NCBI RefSeq assembly: GCF_963921235.1
Contig: NC_086118.1
Span: forward strand, 14,758,001-14,822,000
Reading direction: 5' to 3'
Source of the DNA: Mobula hypostoma
Lineage: Eukaryota
Length of the DNA stretch: 64,000 bases
In this document: positions 52,008 through 64,000 of the stretch, piece after piece
Layout of the letters: the number at the start of each line of letters is the position of its first letter
How positions within the stretch are numbered: position 1 is the first letter of the stretch
Translations under genes and position numbers: made by a program
The notes under the pieces: model-generated
Databases searched by the model: none
Seen by the model: the letters and a program-made list of their open reading frames with translations, nothing else
What the model was told of the DNA's origin: nothing

Positions 52008-54407
52008 CAGGCTTCACAACTAGCAAAGTAATGCACCATCTCTGCAAGCTGTGAATCCTCATCAGAGACAGGATCTCCACATTGCATCACTCACAAAGCA
52101 ATCAACATCTAGACTTAATGGTGCAGAAGACCAGCGAGAAAAGGCCTGTGCATCCAGGTCCGGTTAAGGTGAGCATGCAAAAACAACACATAATGATTCA
52201 ATAAGGCAGAAGTCCAGACCAGGATAATCTACACCAACACGTCTAATATGGAGAAAAACAGAGATCCTTTGTGCCAGACCTTGGTGGACAGGCCTTGGGC
52301 AAAGAGGCAGAGTTGGGCTGCTGAAAACTGACAAATCTCTTGGTGGGTAAACAGTAAATAGGAAATGTTGAATAAAGAAGGATATTTCATTAGGAGGAGA
52401 ATACTATTTATCAAACAAAAAACAGTGTTATGTGACTGGATGTATTTGACACTGCTAAAGGAAAGGCACAAAGAATTGTAAACAAAAGACCTGGTAAATG
52501 GAGGAGGTACAAATGGTAACAAATCACTGAGAGTGACAATAAAATAAAACCTAAACATAAAATTGCAAGGGATATCAAAATCAACATAAAAACATGGGAC
52601 AATCATAAAGTAGTAGAAGTAGAGCAAAAGTGATTAATGAAGCCGATTGCCAATTCGTGGGGTAAATCTCAACTTTGTCCCATAGTGCAACATAGGCCAC
52701 TTTGTGGGTACTTCCCTCACCCAATGACAATATGATGTCACTTTTTACTACACTGTTGAGAGCTAGATGTGCATGGAACATAATATCAAGATTGACAGAA
52801 AGAATGACACCCAGAAACCTACACCTGTAAATTGGTAACTTGGTATGACCTAGCAGAAAGCCATGGAGGGAATTGGAGATGGAAAGTCTAGTCAAGGCAG
52901 AAGTTAGACAAGGTGATTATCAACTGCTCTAATGCTACTTGTGTATCTAGATCTAGGAGTTTAACTCTTTTTTTTAACCTTATCTCATTAACAATCATCT
53001 TCCTAGATTAATACAGTACCATTGTACTTGTAGGAGCCATGCATCTGTTCTCTGTCTGCTTTGCATTCTGTGGTACGTGTTAATTATATGAATCAGTCAC
53101 GTGAGTGAGGGTGTGGTAAAGGTAAGGGGAATGAGTTACATCTTCATGCTTTGTTCATTGCAGTTTATAGTAACTTGGACCAGCGAATGTTGTATCTTTC
53201 GCTGACGCTCAACTACGCTCAGTTTACACTTTGGTATGCTTAAGATTCTTCGCTTTAAAATTGTATGTTTGCTAATTGCTTATAAAGAATTGAATACGTA
53301 TCCTTGACTTTTGGAGAATTTTGGAGCATCATGCAAGTATAACAAATCCATGAGGTCATCAACAATGGCATTTGCTTTGGTTTGGCTGCTACAGTACGCA
53401 AATAACAATAGCATTCAAATATAAGATCATAATGTTGAAATTCTCCCTTCAGAGATGTTGCCTGACAAGTTTTTTCTATCTTATTGTAGTAATATAATAT
53501 TGTAGTCTATTTATCATCTCTATCTTCAAAGAACAGTTTACACTTCACAACAGGCAGTTGTATGTAAACTAGCCATTTAAAAAGCAGAGGAATTAGAGAG
53601 ACAGCTATCTGCAATGAAATTTATCTCTGAACTTTTGAGAAGATAGTGATCTGAGTGTTGGATGAGCCCCAGAAAATATCAGAATTTAATATTAATTCCA
53701 GAATGAACCAAGATTCCAAAGAAGCAACATCAAAGATTTCACTGCCATTGTGAGATGATGCTGACACCTAATTATGTGGATGCTCTATTTCAACTTCTTG
53801 GATCCTAGAAGGTGACAATACGTGACTGGGATCTTAGCAAGAGTCTCTATTGCGTTCCTGCTGCAGTCAGCTTGATCTCTCAGTTGACAGACTGGTGTCT
53901 GACTGTCATTGCTTTGCTCTTTTGTTACTGTATTGCTCATGCAATAATGAGCCATAACAAATCTTAACCAGCCTGAAGGTACATTCAAGGGCATGGGTTT
54001 ACAATTTATCCGCTGACATGGAGCAAGGAGTCTTTGCCTGTATGTTAAACAGTGGATTTACATCAAAGGGAGAACTTTATGTAATTATGCAAAATGTACA
54101 ATGGCAAATTAAATCCAGATTTTATTTCCCATTAATTTTGGGGTTACATTTTGGTGCTAAAAAAATTATCCAACAGATTTAAGCACTCAGAGACTTTATT
54201 CTAGTTTCCTACAATAACTCCAAAGGGGTTCTGAACAAGCTTCTAAGCAATAGAATAAACATACAAAATTGTCCACGCTACCAATCGAATTTCACTTTCG
54301 AGTCACAAGATTGTCAGTTTATCAACTCTGAGGATCAAGAATACAAACCTGGGATGATGGTTCAGTGCAAAATTAGGGAATATGTCAAAATACCATTTCT
54401 GAGATGA

Positions 54408-54642
54408 GGGGGAGGGGGGAACGTCGACTCAGACCATGAGAGGCCTGCGTTAGGCATTTTTATGCCTTACAAGGCGCAGAATGGAAGTTTGTGTGAGGCG
54501 CCACTCCTCACACAGACACGAGAGCAATGTGTGCTTAAGTGCCTTGCTCAAGGACACAAACATGCTGCCACATCTGAGGCTCGAACTAGCGACCTTCAGA
54601 TCACGAGACGAACGCCTTAACCACTTGGCCACGTGCCCAACG
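54408..54642 (-). mobile_element. tRNA-derived SINE with a CORE-like segment, inserted into an older Deu-like SINE
   Basis: Minus strand tggccaagtgg (A box), agttcgagcc (B box), tgtgtccttgagcaaggcactta. Confidence 0.8.
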
Positions 54643-55681
54643 TTAGATGAAATGAAATACCTCAAATGAAAATGCTGAGATGAAATACCTCAAATCATCC
54701 CAATTGCTCTCTCGAGCTGACATAACTATGCTACTACATAACTTGAAGACAGCAGGACAGTTACCCTGGTATCTAGAACAATACTTGTTCATAAAGGTAT
54801 GGGTCTGCTGCTCCATTTCCTACTTCATTTGGCACGGTGACACTGTGTTTATGCTACCAGACATGGCCATTGAGATCTGACCTTGCGTCTGCAAACCCGA
54901 ATCCTGTCATGGCAACTGCGTAATTTAAATTCAAGTAAATTAACCACATGTGGGATTGGAGAAAGGGATGGCGGTGGGAATCTAACTAGTCTCTGTATTG
55001 TAGCAATGAATCTAACAGATTGCCATAAAACTCATCTAATGGACTTTAGGAAAGGAATTCTGCCATCCTCATCCGTTTTGGTTCACATGTGGCACCACTC
55101 ACCCACGTGCTTCACTCTGTACTGCTCTCCGAAATGGCCAAGAAAGACTGGAATTTAAATACTTGCCTTGTTAACATTTTTCACTTCCCACAAGTGAATG
55201 TTTTACAATGGTGACGGCTCTTTCAAGAGTTTCCTTTGGAGGATTCAAGGATCAAGAATCAAAAATTAATGTTATTCGCCACGTATGTTTAGATGTATTG
55301 CTGTGGTGCGTTGTTGCAACAAAATGACATTCAATAATTATAAAGGATAAAAATATATATAAGAACTAAACTTAGGGGTTAAACTACGGATATAAAATAA
55401 AATGTGCATAGATGTATAAATACCAGCATGTATTTACAATATAAATAGCATTACAAAGCACTTAAAGTATCTGCAGTGCAGTGACTGGAATAATAGAGCG
55501 GGTGGGAATGCTTGATCCTTTATCACATCTGTAGCGTAGTGGCAAAGGCAACTAAAATTTAAGGCCGAAAAGTTTAAAAATATATCTTCTTTAAGCTAGA
55601 CCTAATTTTAAGAGCTATGCAATTCTGAAAATGATAGTGCTTCCATTCAGGCACTGCTTTAATGCTGACAACCATATATAC

Positions 55682-55810
55682 CTTCTCCACTGTAGCATAG
55701 CGAGTGCTCAGTTGCTTGCGAAGGTCGGATATATGGTGGTCAAACTTCTTCATATCCTTCTTGAAGTTGTCTCGAAATGATAGCAGAGGTTTCTCCACCT
55801 CACTCTGTAG
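55682..55810 (-). CDS. GAS7: GAS7 internal coding exon (129 nt; LQSEVEKPLLSFRDNFKKDMKKFDHHISDLRKQLSTRYATVEK)
   Basis: Acceptor caccag|CTA and donor AAG|gtatat, phase 0-0. F-BAR helix sequence. Confidence 0.93.
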
Positions 55811-56229
55811 CTGGTGAAACAAAATCAAAGATGAGCGCTCATCATCAAATGCAGAAAGTTTTAAGTGCATTGGGATTTCTCCCATAGAATTTATAATCAG
55901 AGTATCACCAGCTGTGACATTGCCAAAAAAATGTTGTTTAATATATCTGCCTTTTAAACAGTTAATAAATATCAGAAACTTTAATGCCTGGGCACAGATT
56001 GTTTCCCGAGAACCATAGAATAGGATTTCCTGTCATTAATGCAATTGGAGGAATGTGGCACTGTTTTGTAGCTATGTTTATCAACGGCAATCCAGTTTGA
56101 CTGTTGGCTGAGTGAGCATCTGAGTGGGAAGTTCAAACAGACATACCAGTCTCCAAACTCTTCAGATTAACGTCATCCAAGACAAAGCAATAATTACCTT
56201 CAGGCACACCACCTGCGTAGGAGAACTTG

Positions 56230-56750
56230 CTGCTTGTCTCAGTTTCGATCCGCATTAATATGTGGGAGTCTTTTAAAAGTCAACTGCTTATAGTTCAGGA
56301 CCAGACTATTCCAGTGAGGGTGAAAGATAAGGATAGCAAGGTTCAGGAACCTTGGATGAGAAGAGGTGTTATAAATTTAGTTAAAAAGGGAAAGGAAACA
56401 TGAGTGAGGGTTAAGGAAATTGAAATCAGACAGGCATCATTAGGAATATAAGGGGATCAGGAAAGAACAGTGGAATTTGGGCAGTTTAGGAGGCTATGAA
56501 ATATCCTTTACAAATTGGATTAAAGAGAATCCAAGGGCATATTATATGTACAGTATACTAGGAGCAAGAAGTGGCTGGCGAAAGGGGAGGTCCACTCAAG
56601 GACAAAAGAGGGAATTTATGTACCGAGTGAAAAGAAGTGGCTGGGATCCTAAATGAGTACTTTGCATTAGCATTCACCAAACAGAAGGATGTGGATGGTG
56701 CATTAAAGGGGTTCTTAAGTGGCATTTAGACAGACACATCAACAGGCAGC
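56230..56750 (+). mobile_element. Old CR1 internal fragment
   Basis: Degenerate EPWM, IKENPRAYY and ILNEYFALAFT motifs. Confidence 0.6.
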
Positions 56751-57126
56751 CCAAAATGCCAACTGTAAAGCTACAATCATCCAATAAGTGGGGGCATTTT
56801 CAATTTTCAATGGCAAATATAGGCAGATATTGAAGGGCAGTGGAGCTCATAGAATTTACCTTGAGTTAACTCATAGAAGAAAATTGGAACTCTTAACAAA
56901 AATGCACATAGACACCGCCAATTTGAAAACGTTCCAAAAGTGCACAGCTCAGAATCTTTATCTGATCACATTCTATCGCACTACAGCACTAATACTGCAA
57001 TCATTGAAAAGTCAACAGTGTATGCTTTTCCTGTGTTAGTAACTGACTATACTTTTGGCTTATAAATCATATCCTGTGTTGATGAACATCATAATTTTAA
57101 TGAGTATTTTTATGATTGTGTTAGAG

Positions 57127-57317
57127 CAGGGGTGACCAACCTTTTACATTCCATTCATCAATTTTTCACTCATGAGTTCAGATGCGCCATACAGCTCTTG
57201 TACCCCGTTCATTTCTTGTAAAAATATGTTAATAAAGAACTCGTGCGTGAAAAAAATCGCATCTGAACTTGTATGTGAAAAAATTGACAAATGGAATGTA
57301 AAAGGTTGGCCACCCTG
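57127..57317. mobile_element. hAT-type MITE (191 bp) with ~60-bp TIRs
   Basis: caggggtgaccaaccttttacattccatt...agttcagatgcg and its reverse complement. Flanks gtgttagag / gtgtagac. Confidence 0.85.
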
Positions 57318-57533
57318 GTGTAGACAGTACACAACAAAGAAATCCTTGTTGAAATATTGAGAACTGGGAGGGGTGGGGGGAGCCCTGAAATAAAGAGGAC
57401 GTATGTTCCAAGAATCACTTTCTCACAGGTCTTTTAGCAGTACCATAGATTTAGTATTGTGACCACAAGTGAGTTTGGTATTTAATTATTTTATTCCTAT
57501 TATTATGGCAAAATTTGTAAAACAATTCATTAC

Positions 57534-57612
57534 CTTGGATGAAAACTTCAGATGAACCTCAGCTTCATCAGCCAAACTTTTCTTCACCTGTGCCCAAGAC
57601 TCTCCTAGAGTG
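57534..57612 (-). CDS. GAS7: GAS7 internal coding exon (79 nt; TLGESWAQVKKSLADEAEVHLKFSSK)
   Basis: Acceptor tggtag|C and donor AAG|gtaatg, phase 2-0. FCH/F-BAR motif (LGEAWAQVKKSLADEAEVHLKF in mammals, from recall). Confidence 0.92.
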
Positions 57613-57654
57613 CTACCAAAAATAAAGAAAGACAAGTCTTAAAAACAGCAGATA

Positions 57655-58268
57655 GCCATTGAGCACATCAACATGAAATGCTGTCATAGGAAATCAACAT
57701 CCATCATCAGGAATCCTCACCACTCAGGCTGTGCTCTCTTCTTGATGCTGCTATCAGGTAGAAGATACAAGTACCTCAGGACACACACCACCAGGGTCAA
57801 GGATAGCTACTACCCCTTAACCAGCAGCCATCAGGCTGTTCAGCTTCATTTGCCTCATCAGTGAAATGTTCCCACAACCAGTGAACTCACTTTCAATGAC
57901 TATTCATCTCAGGTTATCATTATTGATTGCTATTTACTTATATTTGCTTCCGCACTCTGGTTGATCTTTCATAGATACTGTCATAGCTTCTATTCTATAG
58001 GTTTGTTGAGTATGCCCACAAGGAAATGAATCTCAGGGTTGCATGTGGCAACACATACAGTGTCTATAAAAAGTATTCACCCCCCCCCCGAAAGTTTTCA
58101 TGTTTTATTGTTTTACAACATTGGATCACAGTGAATTTAATTTGGCTTTTGTTGACACTATCAACAGAAAAATACTCTTTCACGTCAAAGTGAAAACAGA
58201 TCTCTACAAAGTGATCTAAATTAATTATAAAGTATAAAACAGATAAACTTTACTTTGCACTTTGATAA
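57655..58268 (+). mobile_element. Rex1 3' fragment whose tail is interrupted by a Tc1 end
   Basis: SIIRNPHHSGCALFLMLLSGRRYKYLRTHTTRVKDSYYP. Confidence 0.75.
58058..58240 (+). mobile_element. Tc1/mariner terminal fragment
   Basis: ta|cagtgtctataaaaagtattcacccc, a typical Tc1 TIR start after TA. The second TIR is not seen. Confidence 0.7.
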
Positions 58269-58381
58269 CAAATATCCAAGGTAAAGGCAACCTTTCTGAT
58301 ATTTGTTCCAGTTACCTGACTGTATTTTAACGCGTTAATCTTTGTACATGTGAAATGTCTCACCACCACTGTGGCCTTGAA

Positions 58382-61300
58382 TGTAACAGCCCTTCCATGA
58401 CTACTGTGGGAACAACCATAGGAACATAAGAGCTATTTGAATACAGGGGTGAGCCCTGTGTAGAGTGGTGACAGGTGATGATTGGTTCCGAATTGGTGGT
58501 TTGACATGGTGCTATGTATTGGTCCACTTACTGCAGTATTTCATATCAGCGGAAAGGGCATAAAACAGAGCAGTCACAGGGCTTGGGAGTAGCTCTCTGA
58601 GGCCTTATCAGTGGGCAGGTCATGAACAGTGCTGCAGATCATGTGGGAGTTGTGCTGCAGTGAGAGGGGCCCATGCACACCTAGTTAAATATTGTAATGC
58701 CTGCTCTGTTCTGTCCTTATAAACATAGTTTTATAGTTCTAAGTAGATAATTGGAGTTTGTGTCTTTCTCTCTCACCAAATCGTGCCAAGAACACTTTGA
58801 CTTAATTAAGCATTTTGGCATGGTAAGCAGGATCTTGCACATTAAATAGAAAGCAAAATGTTTAGAGGTAATAGCAAGGAGGAAGACCCCACCCCACCAT
58901 ATAATACCGACAACCGAGTGGACTGAAACTGCAGGATTTGGGACCCCGCTCGATTTACTGATGAACTGCGGTGTGCTGGTGGATTGAACAAACTGGATCT
59001 CCAAAGGTTAAAGATGGGACACCAATCACGTGTTCGTACTAAAGGGATTAGGGGAGCCACAGAGGGGCTTTTTGTCTGCTAGTGGCCATCATAAGGCAAC
59101 AACTTCAGACAATCTCTCGGAAGCAGGAGGAAATAGGGAACTTTAAACATGAGGTGGAAGCACTGAATGGCTGGATGGCCATGGCAGCAGTCGGCCATCG
59201 ATGCAGACTTGCGGTGAAGAGATAGAAGAAAAGAGAGTTGAGATCACCTGCCGCCTGGCCAAGGTTTGGCAGAAGTAAGTGGCATGAAGGGCTAATTGGT
59301 AAATGGACCAACTGAAGGTCTAGCATCTTATTTTACTGGGCAATGACCCGGATATCTGGGATGCAGATATTTGATTTGATGGTAAAGATCAGGGTGAAAG
59401 GGTGGAAAGCTGCCCACCTCCTGATAAACCCCAGTACTTGAAAGTACAATCAGCTAGGCTTATTGCATCCACAGAAACGTAGTCTGGCCAATCTCCCTCT
59501 CTCTCCAAGCACCCCTCAGCCTGCAGCATTGTTCCAACAATGCTTCACACCCTGGGACAATGTATCATCCAGCTAGAGGAAGAGTGGAGTGAAGACCCGA
59601 AACGGTGACCATCTCGGTGGTGACTAAAGGCTACTCCTTCAAGGAATTGGTGGAGCTGGGAGATCAGTACAGGCAGAAGTCAGGGGAACCATTAGTGAAG
59701 TGGTTGTTAAGGATATGAGACGTGGAGTGAGATGAAGTGATCTCCGACCAGGAAATGGGTGCCCTGGGAGGACTGTCACTCAGTCATGGAGTAAACAGTC
59801 CCCTTCTGGGAACTGTCAGGGTGGAAAGGTCTTTCTGGGTCAGAGTAACGACCATGGTAAAGGTTAAGCAACCCTACTTGGGCTGGGATTTAAAATCTTG
59901 AGAAGACTGGAACACAGCAGAGGAAGGAACTAAGACTCTCCATCAATGGGCCCTGGACACTGGGATTGATGAGGGTGGGGATGGCCCACTGAAGGGTTAA
60001 AAGTTCACCTTGAGCATGGTAGGGTACCTGGTAAAACTGGCAGCCTTTATCTGAAGGCGGAAGGGAGAACAGTAAAATTGGCTATTGAGCTCTTGGAGAG
60101 TTTAGAACATGTAGGCAGGGCTCATAGCCAGGCAAGGAAGGTGGAGAAGCAGAACAGAGGGGGGTCCTACCTCACCAGTAGGGAGATGTCCTTGGCCCTG
60201 CTCAAGGCAAGCATTCCAAAGGAAAGGGTGGAAAGGATAAGCTTTATGGAAAGGCCATTGTCAAAATGAGAAGGGAGAGGAGCTGGTGGGGGGGGGGTGC
60301 AGAACCCCTGCTGATTCCATATCTAATTGGGAGAAAAATCCCTCCTTGTATCCCTCCAGTGAGGCATTGAAGAAAGCCCTTCGAGACCTGCAGCAATAGG
60401 ACTCCAACAGTGGGTGGCGCCTTCCTGCCCCGTGCCCATAGGGGCATGGTCAGTAACTCTTTCCCAACTGGGAGACCTGAGGCCTTATGTATCTATTGTG
60501 GTACACTGGGGAAAGGGAAATGTACGGTGATGTACAAAGGGAAACGCACTGGTCGATACCAAGGTCGAATACAACGTTATCCCAGGAAACTCCAACAGGT
60601 GGAGAGGTCCCTCAGTGATGATAGAAGCAAAGGGAGGGACACTGTCCCCAGCCCGTGCTGTGACAGTAAGGGTGACTTTTGGGTCTAAATAACCAGGACC
60701 TATGTCAGTGCTGGTCACGGCATCCCCCGGTGCATTTTGGATATGAATGTGCTGAAAGGGAGGTCCCTGCAGACCAATTGGGATTGTTTTACTTTTTGGG
60801 TGATTGAACTGACAGTATCGGTGAGATTGGCCAAGTGGGAGCCCCTCATTACCCTGCCTCTGACCAGGGTAGCGAACATCATGCAGAACCCACATCCCAG
60901 GTGGCAGCAAGGAGACTGGGGAAACAGTGCTGAAAGAGGGAATTATTCGGCCAGCAACATTCCCCTGGTTTGGCCGGTGCAGAAGGAGTAGAACATGGCA
61001 AATGACAATAGATTTTAAGTAATTCAATAAGCACATCCCGGCCCTCACAGTGGCTGTCCCGAATGTAGTCACCACCGTAGAGGACATAGAGGCGAGGGAG
61101 GGGAAGTAATGCTTTCTTTTCCACTCCTTGAGCCTCAAGTCCCAAAAGCAGTTTGCCTTTATGTTGGACGACAGACAGTACACCTTTTATCATCTTCCAG
61201 AGAGATACTTGCACAGTCTGACCTCGGCATTATATCTCGAGACCTACAAGGGATCTCAGTCGACCCAAATATTTCGGTATCCCATTGCACAGACGATATC

Positions 61301-62480
61301 CTATTGCGCCCTCCGAAGAAATGGTAGGGTAGGCACTAGACAAAGTGGGGGGGATGATTTATTAATCTAGAAAAGATCCAAGCCGGAATATTTTGTTCCA
61401 ATCAATACAATGGCATTCTGGACACCAGGAAGTACAAGAAAAGACCAAATGAAAAATATTGGGGGCAGTGGTTCCCACCGCGGAAGAGAAGCAGCAGCAT
61501 TCTGTGGGGCTACGTCTATAATGAGGACAAGATATTCTCCACCTAATGATGATACTGAGACCATTATATTGGGTACCTTGGAAGAAGACACCTTTCCAGT
61601 GGGGTCCTGACCAATAAATTGCCCTGGAGACTGCCAGACAGGCCATTGAACAGGGCCTACCCCAGGCCCCGAAAACAACATTTTGGATGGCACGGCAGCA
61701 TAGTGGTTAGCACAAAGCTTTACAGTATCAGCGACCTGGGTTCAATTCCCGATGCTGCCTGTGAGTTTGTACATTCCCCACCTCCCCCCCCCCCCACATT
61801 GGTTTCCACCAGGTGCTCCAATTTCCTCCCACAGTCCAAAGACATACTGGTTGGTAGGTTAGTTTGTTATTGTAAATCGTCCCATGATTAGGCTAGTATT
61901 AAATCGGCGGATTGCTGGATGGCACGGTTCAAAGGGCCGGAGGGCTTATTCCACGCTGTATCTCAATAAATAAATAAATAAATAAACCTGGGGTGCCTTT
62001 TGAACTGCAGGTCTCTAGCACCTCTCACGTGGCTGAGTGGACTTTTGCAGCTAACGGAAGGGTAACAGGTCCACTTGAGGTTTGGACTAAGACCCTTCCC
62101 GAGGCTGCAACCAGATACATCCCTTTTGAGAGACAGCTCTTACCCTTTTACTGGGTCTTTTTAGTTACCAAGCACAGAGACCAGCTCAGACACGGTGGTC
62201 TTGTGACCCCACCTACAAATTGTCCAGCGAGTAAAATCAAATCATGTGATCCACAAGGAAAGCCACGCTCAGCACTCTTCGATAGTCAAATGGATAGGAT
62301 ACATAGCAGATTGGGCAGAGTTATGGTCCTTCGCACCAATGGTCATAGCACCCCGATGAGGTTGTAGCCCTCGATCCATCACCAAAACAATGTAACAAAC
62401 CACATGTTGACCTAACTCCGGAGGAGAAACAGTAGGTTTGGTTCACCAGCAGCTCCAGCCGTTGGTGGAGTGGCAGCTCC
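58382..62480 (+). mobile_element. Decayed endogenous retrovirus, class III (ERV-L/S-like): possible 5' LTR, gag, protease, RT and start of RNase H; 3'-truncated
   Basis: gag GYSFKELVELGDQYRQKSGEPLVKWLLRI*D (59629). pro DLRPYVSIVVHWGKGN..ALVDT..IPGN (60474). RT VWPVQK, WQMTIDFK, AVPNVV, QKQFAF..RQYTFYHLPERYLHS, SHCTDDILL, PFERQLLPFYW, SIVKW, WFTSSS. The 5' boundary is uncertain. Confidence 0.85.
61685..61986 (+). mobile_element. V-SINE (HE1-like) inserted into the ERV pol region
   Basis: Same family as 38942-39235, with an (AAAT)n tail. ERV pol homology resumes at ~61990. Confidence 0.88.
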
Positions 62481-62756
62481 ACACATGATTTTGGATTTCT
62501 AATTCTTCACATAAAGCAACACAGGACATTTGAGAATCCTGTTTTGCAGAACATCCTCATACTTCAGATGTTCCACATCATAGTGAAGTCCATATAATCA
62601 AGGCCTTACCCAGAGTTAGGTTGCCAAGACTAAATCTGCCTCTGTTGTGATGCCCACTTTCCCCAGGGTGCATCACTCAGCGTGGCTTCAGTATCAAGCC
62701 AGGACTAAAGGTAGATGAACACTGCAAAGCTTGGGCCTTTATCCAGTCTGAGCTTT

Positions 62757-63120
62757 TCAGAATCAGAATCAGGTTTATTATCACCAGCATGTAACGTGGA
62801 ATTTGTTAACAGTAGCAGCAGTTCAATGCAATACATAATATAGAAGAAAAAAATAGTAATAATAATAAGTAAATCTTATTGCGTATACTTTACACAGTAT
62901 ACATATATTGAATAGATTAAAAATTATGCAATAAACAGAAATACTATATATTTTTTTTAAAAAGTGAGGTAGTGTCCAAGTGTTCAACGTCCATCTAGGA
63001 ATCGGATGGCAGAGGGGAAGAAGCTGTTTCTGAATCGCTGAGTGTGTGTCTTCAGGCTTCTTTACCTCCTACCTGGTGGTAACAGTGAGAAAAGGGCATG
63101 CCCTGGGTGCTAGAGGTCCT
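62757..63120 (-). mobile_element. Rex1-type LINE 3' end
   Basis: (GATTCT)n tail. Similar to 20661-20950 and 15135-15320. Confidence 0.8.
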
Positions 63121-63509
63121 TCAACATTTGAAGGAAAACTACAGATAGAAGAAAGTTCTCTTTGCTTTTTTGAGACTAAATTAGAAAAACAGAATACACT
63201 AATGTTCAGTTTACCCATTAATTCCTATACCCTATCAAGTCACTTCATGAACATCAATTCAGTCTTTTAGTTATTCCTTTTAGTCATTTCTTTGGGCTGA
63301 CATGCTTTTTCTCTATACCTCTATAGACCTTGAGATACAAGAGCTGGGACATCAAATTACAGTAAAACAAGACTTTAGTACAACTACACAAGATGGAGCA
63401 GTTCATCCATGTGGCCTCTGCTGTCCTCTGTCCACTCTCCTCCACGGATGTATTCCACGTCAGTGGGTCAGACAGCGTCCGTGGATGGAAGTGGACATTT
63501 GACACTTTG

Positions 63510-64000
63510 CATCTGCAGACAAGTGCGAGGTTTTGCACTTTGGTAGGAACAACCAGAGTTGAAGTTGCATAAGATGTTGCTGAGGCCTAATTTGGAGTAT
63601 TGTGTGCAGTTTTGGTCACTTAACAACAGGAAAGATATAAACAAGTTTGAAAGGCTACGGAGAAAATTCACAATGGTCTTGCCAGGTCTGCAGAATCTGA
63701 GTTATAAGGAAGGACTGTATCCTTTAGAACACAGAAGAATGAGAGGAGATTTGATAGAGGAATAAAAAATTATGAGGGGTATAGGTAGGGTAAATGCAAG
63801 CAGGCTTTTCTGGGACTACAACCAGAGGTCATGGCTTAAGAGTGGAAGATGAGAAGTTTAAGAGAAACATGAGGGGAAACGTCTTCACTCAGAGTCATGA
63901 GAGTGTGGAATGAGCTGCCAGCACAAGTGGGGCATGCAAGCTCGATTTCAATGTTTAAGAGAAGTGTGGATAGATACATGGATGGTAGGAGTATGGAGGG
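63510..64000 (+). mobile_element. Decayed CR1 3' part, running off the window end
   Basis: LLRPNLEYCVQFWS...LEHRRMRGDLIE. Confidence 0.85.

Noticed and set aside
54651..54696. Tandem duplication atgaaatacctcaaat next to a SINE
   Set aside because: Best explained as a local insertion or repair scar.
60485..61183. 232-aa minus-strand ORF
   Set aside because: Antisense shadow of the ERV pro/pol region, with no recognisable protein features.
1..64000. Prokaryotic-type systems (CRISPR arrays, operons, defence islands)
   Set aside because: No repeat-spacer array and no gene-dense region. The DNA is spliceosomal-intron sequence with vertebrate repeats.

Overview
Eukaryotic (vertebrate) genomic DNA, most likely from a cartilaginous fish (ray or shark). 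That assignment is inferred from the repeat landscape and is not shown directly. The whole window lies inside one minus-strand gene, GAS7 (F-BAR protein). Five internal coding exons (79, 129, 124, 80 and 99 nt) have canonical GT-AG sites, compatible phases and one continuous reading frame. The rest is intron filled with mobile DNA: young and old CR1 LINEs (one retaining the ORF1 SGNH esterase), many Rex1/Babar LINEs, an R4/Dong-clade RLE retrotransposon remnant, Penelope-like remnants, tRNA-derived SINEs, a Helitron with canonical ends, hAT-type MITEs, a Chapaev-like transposase relic, a Tc1 end, a solo LTR with a perfect TSD and a decayed class III (ERV-L-like) endogenous retrovirus. The most notable observations are: (1) a ~135-bp TSD-flanked mini-element whose 5' end is an intact minimal hammerhead ribozyme, present twice in sense orientation in the GAS7 pre-mRNA; (2) the ERV-L-like provirus; (3) near-identical inverted CR1 copies bracketing an in-frame 204-nt exon pair; (4) a SINE-Rex1 composite inside one target-site duplication. 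All family assignments come from motif recognition by eye; no database search was run.
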